NCBI GenBank assembly: GCA_037445915.1
Contig: JBBIJQ010000021.1
Span: 1 to 33,702, forward strand
Length of the DNA: 33,702 bases
Direction of reading: 5' to 3'
Source of the DNA: Planctomycetales bacterium
GTDB lineage: Bacteria > 4484-113
In this document: piece after piece, positions 16,333-26,455 of the stretch
Layout of the letters: each line of letters opens with the position of its first letter
Numbering within the stretch: the first letter of the stretch is position 1
Translations under genes and position numbers: made by a program
Notes under the pieces: model-generated
What the model was told of the DNA's origin: nothing
Databases searched by the model: none
What the model saw: only the letters and a program-made list of their open reading frames with translations

Positions 16333-16814
16333 CATCGGCCGAGCTGCACCCCGACCTGCGCAAGTGGATTGAAGAGCGCGTCCCGCGATACCCCACTCGC
16401 CGCAGCATGCTCGTCCCTGCGCTGTTGATGGCTGCGCGGTATCACGATTACGCAAGCCCCACGGTTATGCGCGCACTGGCGGAATTGCTGGAGACGCCGC
16501 TCTCTATGGTAATGTCCGCCGCCTCGTTCTACACGCTTATTCCCAAGCGCCCCGTCGGCAAGCACGTCATCCAAGTTTGCCACAATGTAGCGTGCTGGCT
16601 GCGCGCAAGCGATGAGCTTATCGCGCACCTTGAGCATAGGCTTGGCGTGAAAGTCGGCGGGACGACAGGCGACGGCAAGTTCACGCTGGTAACGGTTGAA
16701 TGCCTCGCCGCATGCGGGAGCGCGCCGGCGATGATGATTGGGGAGCGTTTGTATGAGAACGTAACTCCCGCCGATGCCGACCGCGCGCTGGCGGACTTGG
16801 GGGGCGCGCAGTGA
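16329..16814 (+). CDS. nuoE: NADH-quinone oxidoreductase subunit E
   Basis: ASFYT, VCHNVAC, ECLAAC (N1a 2Fe-2S ligands). Confidence 0.96.
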   Translation: MTSAELHPDLRKWIEERVPRYPTRRSMLVPALLMAARYHDYASPTVMRALAELLETPLSMVMSAASFYTLIPKRPVGKHVIQVCHNVACWLRASDELIAHLEHRLGVKVGGTTGDGKFTLVTVECLAACGSAPAMMIGERLYENVTPADADRALADLGGAQ

Positions 16815-18103
16815 GCGCTGCGGAGACGAGAGTAGTAATGCGGCTTGCGGGCGTGCCGGATGCGCACAAGCTTGAGGTTTATGAAGCCAACGGCGGATAC
16901 GCGGCGCTGCGAAAAGCGCTTGGTGAAATGAAGCCTGAAGAAGTTGTTGAAGCAGTTAAAGAGAGCGGCTTACGCGGCAAGGGCGGCGCGGGATTCCCGG
17001 CAGGGCTGAAGTGGAGCTTCGTCCCGCGCGGCTATGCCGGCCCGAAGTACCTCGCATGCAACGCAGATGAAGGCGAGCCGGGGACGTTCAAGGACCGCTG
17101 GATACTTGAGAATGTGCCGCACCTGCTTATTGAAGGCTGCGTCCTCTGCGCCTATGCGGTGGGCATAAGCCACATCTACATTTACTGCCGGGGCGAGTTC
17201 GCGCGCGGGAAACAAATGCTTGAAGAAGCCTCGCGTGAAGCCTGCGCCAAAGGCTATCTAGGCGCGAACATCCTCGGCAGCGGCTTTAGCGTTGATTTGA
17301 CCGTCCATTCCGGCGCAGGCTCGTATGAGTGCGGCGAGGAGACCGCGCTGCTCACTTCATTGGAGGGCGGGCGAGGCCATCCGAAGAACAAGCCTCCGTT
17401 TCCGGCCACGAAAGGCGCGTGGGGCAAGCCAACTGTTATAAACAACGTGGAAACGCTGGCGACCGTCCCCGACATCATCGCGCGCGGCGCGGCGTGGCAT
17501 GCGGCGATGGGCACGGAGAAAAGCAAGGGCGTGAAGATGGTCTCTATTTGCGGGCATGTCGCGCGCCCCGGCGTTTATGAGGTTGAGTTCGGAGTTCCCG
17601 TCAGCGGCATCATCGCGCTCGCAGGCGGGATGCAAGAAGGGCGCAACCTCAAGGGCTTCTTCCCCGGCGGGAGCAGCACGCCCATTCTTCCCGCTTCGCA
17701 GGCGGGCGTTTCATACGACTATGAGAGCATCGCTGGGGCGGGGTCAATGCTCGGAAGCGGCGGGCTCATCGTGTTTGATGAATCCACCGACGTTGTGAAA
17801 ATGGCTGAAATCATCACGCGCTTCTACGCCTGGGAGAGCTGCGGAAAATGCACGCCCTGCCGCGAGGGGACGCGCTGGATGCTGCAAACCTACGAGCGCA
17901 TACTGCGCGGCGAAGGCAGGCCCGAAGACCCTGCCTTGCTGCTGTCTATCTGCGGCCAAATTGAGTTCAAGAGTTTGTGCCCCTTCGGCGACGCCGCAGT
18001 GGGCGTTGTAAGGTCTACTGTTATTCTATTTCCTGGGGAATATGGCGCATACATCAGCGGAGGCAAGGCCTCTAAGCGCGCCTATATTCCGGTGAGGCAT
18101 TAA
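16811..18103 (+). CDS. nuoF: NADH-quinone oxidoreductase subunit F
   Basis: GLRGKGGAGFPAGLKW, NADEGEPGTFKDR, CGEETAL, ESCGKCTPCREG (FMN and N3). Confidence 0.98.
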   Translation: MSAAETRVVMRLAGVPDAHKLEVYEANGGYAALRKALGEMKPEEVVEAVKESGLRGKGGAGFPAGLKWSFVPRGYAGPKYLACNADEGEPGTFKDRWILENVPHLLIEGCVLCAYAVGISHIYIYCRGEFARGKQMLEEASREACAKGYLGANILGSGFSVDLTVHSGAGSYECGEETALLTSLEGGRGHPKNKPPFPATKGAWGKPTVINNVETLATVPDIIARGAAWHAAMGTEKSKGVKMVSICGHVARPGVYEVEFGVPVSGIIALAGGMQEGRNLKGFFPGGSSTPILPASQAGVSYDYESIAGAGSMLGSGGLIVFDESTDVVKMAEIITRFYAWESCGKCTPCREGTRWMLQTYERILRGEGRPEDPALLLSICGQIEFKSLCPFGDAAVGVVRSTVILFPGEYGAYISGGKASKRAYIPVRH

Positions 18104-18105
18104 TT

Positions 18106-20589
18106 ATGGGAACATTACAAAGAAAAACCGTGACACTTTCAATCAACGGCAAGCAGGTATCCGTGCCCGAAGGCATTTACCTGACGGAAGCAGCTGAGAT
18201 GGCTGGCTTCCACATCCCGCAATTCTGCTCGCACCGCTGGCTGGAGCCGCTCGGCGCGTGCAGGATGTGCCTTGTGCGCATTGAGAAAATGCCCAAGCTC
18301 CAAACCGCCTGCTCAACAGTGGCGCAGGACGGGATGGTTGTCACGACCGAGAGCGAAGAGATCCGCAAGGCCCGCGAAGAGATGCTGGAGTTCCACCTCC
18401 TGAACCATCCGCTGGAATGTCCAGTCTGCGATCGCGGCGGCGAATGCGAGTTGCAAGACCTGACGATTGCCTATGGCGTGGACGAAGCACGGTATATTGA
18501 ACCCAAGCTGGAACGCGCAGACGCTATGCTGACGCCGTTCCTGCACATGAACTACAAGCGCTGCATCCTCTGCAAGCGCTGCGTCCGCTACTGCGACGAG
18601 ATTACCGGAAGCCACCTCCTGCGGGTGGAGGAGCGCGGGGCGTGGTCGCGCATTGAATCGCTTGGCTCATGCGTCATCCCCGACCACTTTTCCGGCAACA
18701 CGATAGAAGTATGCCCGGTCGGCGCGATAACGAGCCAGCTTTTCCGCTTCCGAGGCCGGCCCTGGGAGCTTGAAAAAACGCGCACAATCTGTTGCCACTG
18801 CACTGTTGGGTGCAACGTTGAGCTGCACGCGCGCGGCAACGAGCTGCTGCGCATAGTTTCGTCGCCGAACCCTTATGTGGACGACGGCCATCTCTGCGAC
18901 CGGGGCCGCTTCGCATACAACTACGTAAATGCGAAGCCGTTCAAGCAGCCCTTGCTCGGCAAAGGTGCAGCGCGTCGCGGCATTTCGTGGGAAGAGGCGG
19001 AGAATGAGGCGGTAGAACGCATCAGAAGCACGATTGAAAAGCACGGCGCAAACGCGGTCGCGTTCATCGCGGGCGCGGGGATGACCAACGAGGATTACAT
19101 AGCCTTCCGCTTGTTTGCGCACAGCCACATCGGCACGGAGAACTTCTTCGTCGGCGAAGGGCTGATAGACGTGCGCAGCAACCCGCAACTCCTGCTCCAA
19201 TCGCTATTCTTTGACGCGGCCAGCATTGAGGAGATTATCTCAAGCGATGCAGTCATTACAGTCGGCTGCGAACTCTACGAAGAAGCGCCCGTGCTTGGGC
19301 TGCGCATCCGGGAGGCCCAGAACAAGCGCGGCTGCAAGCTCATCAACCTAAGCCTGCACCTGCCGCAAGGATACTGGAGCGCGGACGAGCATTACCTTTA
19401 CGCTCCCGGCAACTTTCTCGCGGCAGCCGGCGAAATCGTGCTCGCACTGGAGAATGGGGATCTTTCCGGCAAATGGGCGGGGCTTGTCACGGCGCTGGTT
19501 GAGTTGCCCAATGTGGCGTTGCTCTACGGCCATGACATCCTCTACCACCCTAACGCGCACAAGTATGTTCTTGCGCTGCTGAAGATAAAGCATGCCGCCT
19601 ACAAGCTGAGGCACGAGCGCGGCGTTAAAGGCCACATCTCGCTCAACCCCATCTTCCGCAGCTCCAACGCGACAGGCGCGATGATCCACAACTTCCTGGA
19701 GTTCCTCGTGCGGCGCGAAGGCGAGCAGCCCGAACGGGCGCATGCGACCCTGCGCGGAATACTGGCAAAGGCAGCCTCAGGCGAAATCAAGCTTCTCTAC
19801 TTCGTCAACATAAACCCGCTGATAACCTTCATTGACCGGACGCTGGTGGAGAAGGCTTTGCAGGCCTGCGAGTATGTAGTTGTGGAATCTTCGCTGCCCA
19901 GTGAGACCACGGAAGTGGCTGACTTGGTGCTTCCTGTGTCGCCCTGGTGCTGCCGCGAAGGGACTTTTATCAATCTTGGGTGGCGGCTGCAAAAGCTCAA
20001 TGCGGCGGCGATTAGCACTGGGCTGCCGACAGACCTTGAAATCTGGAGCAGGCTGCTGGTGAAGCTCGGCAAAGGCTCGCATTCCACAAGCCCGGCGAAG
20101 ATATTCAACGAAGTCGCCCATGTTGTCCCGATACTTAGCCACCTTACCTTTGAGACAATCCCCCCGACCGGCTCGGTGCTTGGCTTCACACTCAGTTCCG
20201 AAAACCGCAAGCGTTACATTGAGGAAATTGAAAGCCTGCAACTTGATTTCTCTCATATTAACACGCCGGACGAATATCCGTTCGTGCTAATGCCGAAAAA
20301 GCACCTGTTCCGCAACTCGCCCCGGATGAGGTATTCCACGAAGATGGATGCAGTGACTCCCGAAGCTGTCGCGCTGATGAACCCCGCAGACATTTCAAAG
20401 CTGGGGCTGAAAGCTGGGCAAAGCGTGGTTCTAGAATCGCGCTGCGGCGCGATAACGCTCCCCTTGAGCGCGGCAGAATGGGTGCAGCCGGGAAGCGTGG
20501 CAGTTGGCGATTACATATCATCTGCGCCGGTTAGCCGTCTCATCTCGGTTGAGGACGAAATGACCTCCGTGAGAGTTAGGCCTGCCTGA
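18106..20589 (+). CDS. nuoG: NADH-quinone oxidoreductase subunit G (long form)
   Basis: GACRMC..TAC (N1b), HPLECPVCDRGGEC (N5), CILCKRC...CPVGA (N4), CCHCTVGC...CDRGRF (N7); molybdopterin-oxidoreductase-like C-terminus. Confidence 0.95.
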   Translation: MGTLQRKTVTLSINGKQVSVPEGIYLTEAAEMAGFHIPQFCSHRWLEPLGACRMCLVRIEKMPKLQTACSTVAQDGMVVTTESEEIRKAREEMLEFHLLNHPLECPVCDRGGECELQDLTIAYGVDEARYIEPKLERADAMLTPFLHMNYKRCILCKRCVRYCDEITGSHLLRVEERGAWSRIESLGSCVIPDHFSGNTIEVCPVGAITSQLFRFRGRPWELEKTRTICCHCTVGCNVELHARGNELLRIVSSPNPYVDDGHLCDRGRFAYNYVNAKPFKQPLLGKGAARRGISWEEAENEAVERIRSTIEKHGANAVAFIAGAGMTNEDYIAFRLFAHSHIGTENFFVGEGLIDVRSNPQLLLQSLFFDAASIEEIISSDAVITVGCELYEEAPVLGLRIREAQNKRGCKLINLSLHLPQGYWSADEHYLYAPGNFLAAAGEIVLALENGDLSGKWAGLVTALVELPNVALLYGHDILYHPNAHKYVLALLKIKHAAYKLRHERGVKGHISLNPIFRSSNATGAMIHNFLEFLVRREGEQPERAHATLRGILAKAASGEIKLLYFVNINPLITFIDRTLVEKALQACEYVVVESSLPSETTEVADLVLPVSPWCCREGTFINLGWRLQKLNAAAISTGLPTDLEIWSRLLVKLGKGSHSTSPAKIFNEVAHVVPILSHLTFETIPPTGSVLGFTLSSENRKRYIEEIESLQLDFSHINTPDEYPFVLMPKKHLFRNSPRMRYSTKMDAVTPEAVALMNPADISKLGLKAGQSVVLESRCGAITLPLSAAEWVQPGSVAVGDYISSAPVSRLISVEDEMTSVRVRPA

Positions 20590-21569
20590 TGAGCTGGGCT
20601 GACATCGGCTGGGTGTTGGCGAGAATACTCATCGTATTTGCAGTGCTACTGCTCGCGATGGCGTATTTGACGTTGGTGGAGCGGCGCGTCGTCGCCTGGT
20701 TTCAGTGGCGGCTCGGCCCCAACCGGGTCGGCCCGCTGGGGCTTGTCCAGCCGATAGCCGACGGCGTGAAGCTTTTATTCAAGCAGGAGCTGGTCCCAGC
20801 AGCCGCCGACGCGGTGGCCTACTTCCTCGCGCCTGCAATTGCGCTCGTCGCAGCTTTTGCGGTCATAGGGGTAATCCCCATTGCGCCGGGCTTTTACATA
20901 GCCGACGTAAATGTTGCGCTGCTTCTCGTTCTAGCGCTTTCTTCAATGGGAGTCTACGGTGTCATCCTCGCGGGATGGGGCAGCGGCAGCAAATACCCCT
21001 TCCTCGGCGCATTGCGCGCTTGCGCGCAGATGGTTAGCTACGAGCTTGCACTGGCGTTCGCCGCAATCGGCGTGATAATTCTCGCGGGGAGCTTCTCCCT
21101 GCGCGTAATTGTGGAAGCGCAGGCCGGGCTGTGGTATGCCGTGCCGCAGGCGGTTGGATTTATCGTATTCCTGATAGCGGGCTTTGCTGAGGCAAACCGC
21201 GCGCCGTTTGACATGCCCGAGTGCGAAAGCGAGCTTGTCGCGGGTTACCACACTGAATACTCGTCAATGAAGTTTGCGATGTTCTTCCTCGGCGAGTATG
21301 TCGCGGTGATAAACATCGCGATGCTAACGACAGTGCTCTTTCTCGGCGGGTGGCATGGACCGGCTGTTTTCGGCGCATCTCTCACCGGGTTGTCAGGGCT
21401 GATGTGGTTTCTCATCAAGGCATTCGCGGTCATTTTCCTTTTCCTGTGGGTTCGCGCGACGCTGCCGCGCTTCCGCTACGACCAAGTTATGCGGTTCGGG
21501 TGGATGGTGCTGTTGCCGCTCGCGCTGCTGAATATCATCGTCACAGCCGCGCTGAAGGCGTTTTCTTAG
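20589..21569 (+). CDS. nuoH: NADH-quinone oxidoreductase subunit H
   Basis: [48 protein letters not shown]. Confidence 0.98.
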   Translation: MSWADIGWVLARILIVFAVLLLAMAYLTLVERRVVAWFQWRLGPNRVGPLGLVQPIADGVKLLFKQELVPAAADAVAYFLAPAIALVAAFAVIGVIPIAPGFYIADVNVALLLVLALSSMGVYGVILAGWGSGSKYPFLGALRACAQMVSYELALAFAAIGVIILAGSFSLRVIVEAQAGLWYAVPQAVGFIVFLIAGFAEANRAPFDMPECESELVAGYHTEYSSMKFAMFFLGEYVAVINIAMLTTVLFLGGWHGPAVFGASLTGLSGLMWFLIKAFAVIFLFLWVRATLPRFRYDQVMRFGWMVLLPLALLNIIVTAALKAFS

Positions 21570-21573
21570 GCAA

Positions 21574-22077
21574 ATGAAACCGACGCTGCGACAGAAGTTC
21601 AACTTGTTCGCGGTGGCGAAAGGGCTTTACATAACCCTTTGCCAGTTTTTTGCCGACCGGTTTGCCGGGCGCGTGGTAACGGTTTCCTATCCCGAAAAGA
21701 AGCTCAAGCTCAAGGAACGCTTTCGCGGCCTGCACCGCCTGGAGCTTTATGAAACCGGCCTCCAAAAAGGGCTGGAGAAGTGCATTGGCTGCGCCCTATG
21801 CGCTGCAGCTTGCCCGGCGGATGTCATCAAGGTCGTCGCAAGCGAGAACGATCCTGCGTGCCCCAACTCCCCAGGCGAACGATACGCGGCGGTTTATGAT
21901 ATGGATATCCTGCGCTGCATATTTTGCGGCATGTGCGTTGAGGCTTGCCCGACGGAAGCTATCGTGATGAAACACGACTTTGAGCTTGCCGGCGACGAGC
22001 GCGGCGGGCCGCAGGGCGGCGCAAACAAGTTCCTTTACCGCAAACAAGACCTGCTTAGCCGGGAGTATCACTGGTGA
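21574..22077 (+). CDS. nuoI: NADH-quinone oxidoreductase subunit I
   Basis: [18 protein letters not shown] and [12 protein letters not shown] (N6a/N6b). Confidence 0.97.
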   Translation: MKPTLRQKFNLFAVAKGLYITLCQFFADRFAGRVVTVSYPEKKLKLKERFRGLHRLELYETGLQKGLEKCIGCALCAAACPADVIKVVASENDPACPNSPGERYAAVYDMDILRCIFCGMCVEACPTEAIVMKHDFELAGDERGGPQGGANKFLYRKQDLLSREYHW

Positions 22078-22610
22078 GCGCTGTTGAGATAATCGTGTTT
22101 GCTGCGGCTGCGCTGCTGGCGCTCGCAGGCGCGGTAGGGATGGCGTCCGCGCGCAATCCCGTCCATTCCGCGCTTTTCCTCATTGCCAACCTCGTCGCGG
22201 TCGCGCTCATCTACTTGCTCCTCCTCGCGCCAGTGCTGGCGGCGCTGCAAGTGCTTGTGTATGCTGGCGCGATAATGGTGCTTTTCATCTTCGTTATATT
22301 CTTCTTCGTCCAGCCGTCGCAAAAGCACGAAACCGTTTATTCCCTGCCAGCTCAATCTGCGCTTGCGGGAATCGTCATTCTTTCGCTCGTCTGCCTTCTA
22401 ATAGGAGGCTTGTTCTTTGGCGGCGCGTTTGCCCCGCCTCAAACCCTAAGCGCGCCCCCCGCCGTGGACACTACAAGCCCGCAAGCGCTGGGTGTAGTGC
22501 TGTTCACCAAGTTCCTGCTGCCGTTTGAGCTGGTTTCAGTCCTGCTCCTTGCGGCGATACTCGGCGCGGTTGCCCTCGCGCGCAGCCCGCGAAAGGGGGG
22601 CGAGGGCTAA
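22074..22610 (+). CDS. nuoJ: NADH-quinone oxidoreductase subunit J
   Basis: [31 protein letters not shown]. Confidence 0.96.
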   Translation: MSAVEIIVFAAAALLALAGAVGMASARNPVHSALFLIANLVAVALIYLLLLAPVLAALQVLVYAGAIMVLFIFVIFFFVQPSQKHETVYSLPAQSALAGIVILSLVCLLIGGLFFGGAFAPPQTLSAPPAVDTTSPQALGVVLFTKFLLPFELVSVLLLAAILGAVALARSPRKGGEG

Positions 22611-22915
22611 TGCAGCCTATCGTAACCTACAGCCTCGCTCTTTCCGCGATGCTTTTCGCCATCGGCGCGCTGGCTGTGCTGGTGCGGCGCAACCCGCTGG
22701 TTATGTTTATGGGAATTGAGCTGATGCTCAACGCGGCCAACCTAACCTTCGTTGCATACGCGCGAGAGCTGGGGCAAGTGGAGGGGCAGGCGGCCGTCCT
22801 CATTTTTCTCGCAGTCGCGGCGGCGGAAGTCGCAGTCGGGCTCGCCATCATCGTTGCTGTTTACCGCCACCGGCGCGATGTTGACGCCGATGCTGCAAGC
22901 GGGATGAAGGGATAG
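22610..22915 (+). CDS. nuoK: NADH-quinone oxidoreductase subunit K
   Basis: RRN, IELMLNAANL, VAAAEVAVGLA. Confidence 0.97.
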   Translation: MQPIVTYSLALSAMLFAIGALAVLVRRNPLVMFMGIELMLNAANLTFVAYARELGQVEGQAAVLIFLAVAAAEVAVGLAIIVAVYRHRRDVDADAASGMKG

Positions 22916-22917
22916 CC

Positions 22918-24891
22918 GTGCTTGGACACATTTACCTGGCGATAATCCCACCCCTCGCGGGGACAATCTTGCTCGGCTTCTTCGGCAAGATGATGCCGCG
23001 CAAGGCTGCGGGGATACTGGCGTGCGGAGCGATACTTCTCTCATTTGCCGTTGCGCTGGCAGCGTTCATTGAGTATGTCCGCGCAGGCGGGGTGTCGCCG
23101 GAGCCTTACGGCGCGCATGTGGGCGTTCTTGCGCCATGGCTTGCCATCCCTGGCTTCGAGCTGAACCTTAGCTTCCAGGCCGACGCGCTCTCGCTGCTAA
23201 TGGCGCTGACGGTCACCTTCGTCTCGTTCCTCATTTTCGTTTACTCCTCCGGCTACATGGCGCACGACGAGGGCTACCCGCGTTACTTCGCCTACCTCAA
23301 CCTATTCGTCGCGATGATGCTCACGCTGGTTTTGGCGGGCAACCTCGTGGTTATGTTCATAGGCTGGGAAGGCGTCGGGCTTTGCTCCTACTTGCTCATC
23401 GGCTTCTGGTATCGCAAGAAAGCGCCGCCCATCGCCGGGATTAAAGCGTTCATCGTCAACCGCATCGGCGACTTCGGCTTCCTCATCGGGATTCTAATCC
23501 TCTTCTGGCTGCTCGGATCGGTTGACTTTACCACAATGCGGATGCGCCTAAGCATGTTGGAGCACGGCGCGCCGTTGATACTCACGATGGCCGGGCTGTT
23601 TCTCTTTATGGGCGCGATGGGAAAGAGCGCGCAGTTCCCGCTGCACGTCTGGCTTCCCGACGCGATGGAAGGCCCTACGCCCGTAAGCGCGCTGATTCAC
23701 GCGGCGACAATGGTAACCGCCGGTGTGTTTTTGGTCGCGCGCATGGGCTTCCTTTTCAGCCTGAGCCAGCCCGCGCTGCTAGCCATCGCCTGCATTGGCG
23801 CGTTTACTGCGCTTTTCGCCGCAAGCATCGCCATTGTGCAATACGACATTAAGCGCGTCCTCGCATACTCCACGGTTTCGCAGCTTGGACTTATGTTCCT
23901 CGCGGCGGGGCTGGGCGCATACTGGATTGCGGTCTTCCACCTCTTCACCCACGCGTTTTTCAAGGCGCTGCTATTTCTCGGAAGCGGGTCGGTCATTCAC
24001 GCGATGGGAGGGGAGCAGGACATGCGCAAGATGGGCGGCCTCGCCAAGCGCATGCCGCAAACATACTGGCAGTTCCTTATCGGCGCAATGGCGATATCCG
24101 GCATCCCGCTGCTCGCAGGCTTTTACAGCAAAGACGAGATTCTCTTCGCCGCGTTTTCGGCGCGCAATGCCTTGTTCCCGCAGGCGGGCATGGCACTTTT
24201 CGTAGTCGGCGCGTTTACTGCGTTGCTCACGGCGTTTTACATGTTCCGCCAGGTCCAGCTCGTGTTCCTGACGCCGGCGCGCTGGGATGCGGCGAAGGTG
24301 CATCCGCACGAAGCGCCGCCGTCAATGGCTATCCCATGCTGGGTGCTGGCGGCAGGCAGTATCTTTGCGGGCTACATCGGGCTTCCGGCGATGTTCGCTT
24401 CGCTGTTGCACATCCCCAACGCGCTGGAGCCTTTCCTCGCGCCTGCGCTTCCAGGCGGGCACCCTTCAGTACCTCACGCGCTCCACGCTGCGTCGCTCGC
24501 GCGCGAGGCGATGGTCGCGTCGCTCTCCGCGCTCTTGGCTCTTGCAGGTTTAGGGCTTGCCTTCTACCTCTACCGCGCGCGCAGCGGCTTAACCGAAAAG
24601 CTGCGCCAGTCCTTCGCGGCGCCTTACCGGCTGCTCTTCAACAAATACTACATTGACGAACTCAACAACGCTGCGATTGTAAGCCCCGGCAAGGCGCTTT
24701 GCAGCCGGCTCTCGCAATCGGTTGACCTCGGCATTATTGACGGCGCAGTGAACTTCATCGCGCTCGCTATCGGCGCGCTGGGGTATGCCCTTCGCCCGCT
24801 GCAAACCGGCTTCATCCGCAACTATGCGTGGTATTTCAGCGTGGGTGCGGTGCTGCTAATAATCCTGCTATGGCTGAGAGCGGGGGGGTAG
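22918..24891 (+). CDS. nuoL: NADH-quinone oxidoreductase subunit L
   Basis: GWEGVGLCSYLLIGFW, NRIGDFG, GKSAQFPLHVWLPDAMEGPTPVSALIHAATMV, HAFFKALLFL. Confidence 0.98.
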   Translation: MLGHIYLAIIPPLAGTILLGFFGKMMPRKAAGILACGAILLSFAVALAAFIEYVRAGGVSPEPYGAHVGVLAPWLAIPGFELNLSFQADALSLLMALTVTFVSFLIFVYSSGYMAHDEGYPRYFAYLNLFVAMMLTLVLAGNLVVMFIGWEGVGLCSYLLIGFWYRKKAPPIAGIKAFIVNRIGDFGFLIGILILFWLLGSVDFTTMRMRLSMLEHGAPLILTMAGLFLFMGAMGKSAQFPLHVWLPDAMEGPTPVSALIHAATMVTAGVFLVARMGFLFSLSQPALLAIACIGAFTALFAASIAIVQYDIKRVLAYSTVSQLGLMFLAAGLGAYWIAVFHLFTHAFFKALLFLGSGSVIHAMGGEQDMRKMGGLAKRMPQTYWQFLIGAMAISGIPLLAGFYSKDEILFAAFSARNALFPQAGMALFVVGAFTALLTAFYMFRQVQLVFLTPARWDAAKVHPHEAPPSMAIPCWVLAAGSIFAGYIGLPAMFASLLHIPNALEPFLAPALPGGHPSVPHALHAASLAREAMVASLSALLALAGLGLAFYLYRARSGLTEKLRQSFAAPYRLLFNKYYIDELNNAAIVSPGKALCSRLSQSVDLGIIDGAVNFIALAIGALGYALRPLQTGFIRNYAWYFSVGAVLLIILLWLRAGG

Positions 24892-24892
24892 A

Positions 24893-26455
24893 ATGGGATT
24901 CCTAGCCAACGCGCCGCTAATAAGCATAGCCATTGCGCTGCCCATCTTTGGCGTGATACTCGCCGCGCTTGTCCCCAAAGGACGCGTTGCCACGCTGCGC
25001 TGGCTGGCGTTTGGGTTTTCCGCGGCGTCATTCATCATCTCCCTCCCGCTGCTTGCGTCGCCTGACTTCGCGGGATTCTCCCACGTTGAGCATTACCCTT
25101 GGATGCCGCAACTCAACGCCTACTACCTCGTGGGCGTGGACGGCTTGTCGGTGTGGCTTGTGCTGCTAACCGGGCTGCTAACGCCGTTGGCGGTTCTGTC
25201 ATCCTTCAGCGCAATCCGCAACCGCGAAAAGGAGTACTACATTCTCCTGCTGATAATGCAGTCCGCGCTGGTAGGGACATTCTGCGCGCTTGACCTGGTG
25301 CTGTTCTTCCTCTTCTGGGAGATGGTGCTTATTCCGATGTACTTGCTCATTGGGATTTGGGGCAGCGGGCGCAGGGTTTACGCGGCGACGAAGTTCGTGC
25401 TCTACACGGTCGTCGGCAGCTTCCTTATGCTGCTTGCGATAATCGGGCTTTACGTTTACAGCGGCGCGAACGGCCATCCTTCCTTTGATTTCACATACTT
25501 GCGCGCTCACTTGCTCCCGCCTGAACTGCAAACATGGCTGTTTCTCGCGTTCGCGCTCGCCTTCGCGATAAAGATGCCGCTTTTCCCGTTCCACACCTGG
25601 CTTGCCGATGCGCACACTGAAGCCCCCACCGCCGGTTCCGTCCTGCTGGCGGGCTTGCTGCTCAAGATGGGCGGCTACGGCTTCCTGCGTTTCTGCCTGC
25701 CGATCTTCCCCGACGCCAGCGCGGCATTCGCGCCTTTGATGATGGGCTTGGCGGTGGTGAGCATTCTCTACGGCGCGCTCGTCTGCGCTGCGCAATCTGA
25801 CATCAAGCGCCTCATCGCGCTTTCGTCCGTGTCGCATATGGGCTTCGTCGTGCTGGGCATCTTCGCATTTTCCGGTACGGTAGCGGGCCAGGTTGGCGCA
25901 GTAGTGCAGATGGTGAGCCACGGCATAGCAACCGGCGCGCTATTCCTGCTCGCAGGCGTAATCTACGAGCGCAGGCACACCCGCGAACTCGCGCAGTTCG
26001 GCGGGCTTGCGGAGGCTATGCCGCGCTACTACAACATCTTCCTTATAACGATGTTCGCCAGCATCGGGCTTCCGGCGCTGAGCGGCTTCGTCGGCGAGTT
26101 CCTCATCTTGCTCGGAGCGATTAACGCTGACTGGATGCTGGCGGGGCTGGCGGCGCTAGGCATCGTCCTCACGGCGGTATATATGCTTGCGATGTTCAGG
26201 CGCGTCTTCCACGGCGATTGCGCCCTGCCTGAAAACCGCGCGCTCAAAGATTTGAGCGCCCGCGAGATGGCCTGCCTCATTCCGCTGGTTGTGATGATGT
26301 TCGCCATCGGGCTGTTTCCGAAACCCTACGTGGACAGCATCCGCCCGGCGGCTGAGCGCGCCGCGCGGACGGCGACCCGCATATTGCAGGCTAGCGATGC
26401 GGCAAGGCCAGCAGGCGCGGAGACCGTCGCCAGCGCGCAGGAGGCAAAGCGATGA
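24893..26455 (+). CDS. nuoM: NADH-quinone oxidoreductase subunit M
   Basis: GVDGLS, FWE..LIPMY, AIKMPLFPFHTWL.DAH.EAPT.GS, LKMG.YG, SGFVGEF. Confidence 0.98.
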   Translation: MGFLANAPLISIAIALPIFGVILAALVPKGRVATLRWLAFGFSAASFIISLPLLASPDFAGFSHVEHYPWMPQLNAYYLVGVDGLSVWLVLLTGLLTPLAVLSSFSAIRNREKEYYILLLIMQSALVGTFCALDLVLFFLFWEMVLIPMYLLIGIWGSGRRVYAATKFVLYTVVGSFLMLLAIIGLYVYSGANGHPSFDFTYLRAHLLPPELQTWLFLAFALAFAIKMPLFPFHTWLADAHTEAPTAGSVLLAGLLLKMGGYGFLRFCLPIFPDASAAFAPLMMGLAVVSILYGALVCAAQSDIKRLIALSSVSHMGFVVLGIFAFSGTVAGQVGAVVQMVSHGIATGALFLLAGVIYERRHTRELAQFGGLAEAMPRYYNIFLITMFASIGLPALSGFVGEFLILLGAINADWMLAGLAALGIVLTAVYMLAMFRRVFHGDCALPENRALKDLSAREMACLIPLVVMMFAIGLFPKPYVDSIRPAAERAARTATRILQASDAARPAGAETVASAQEAKR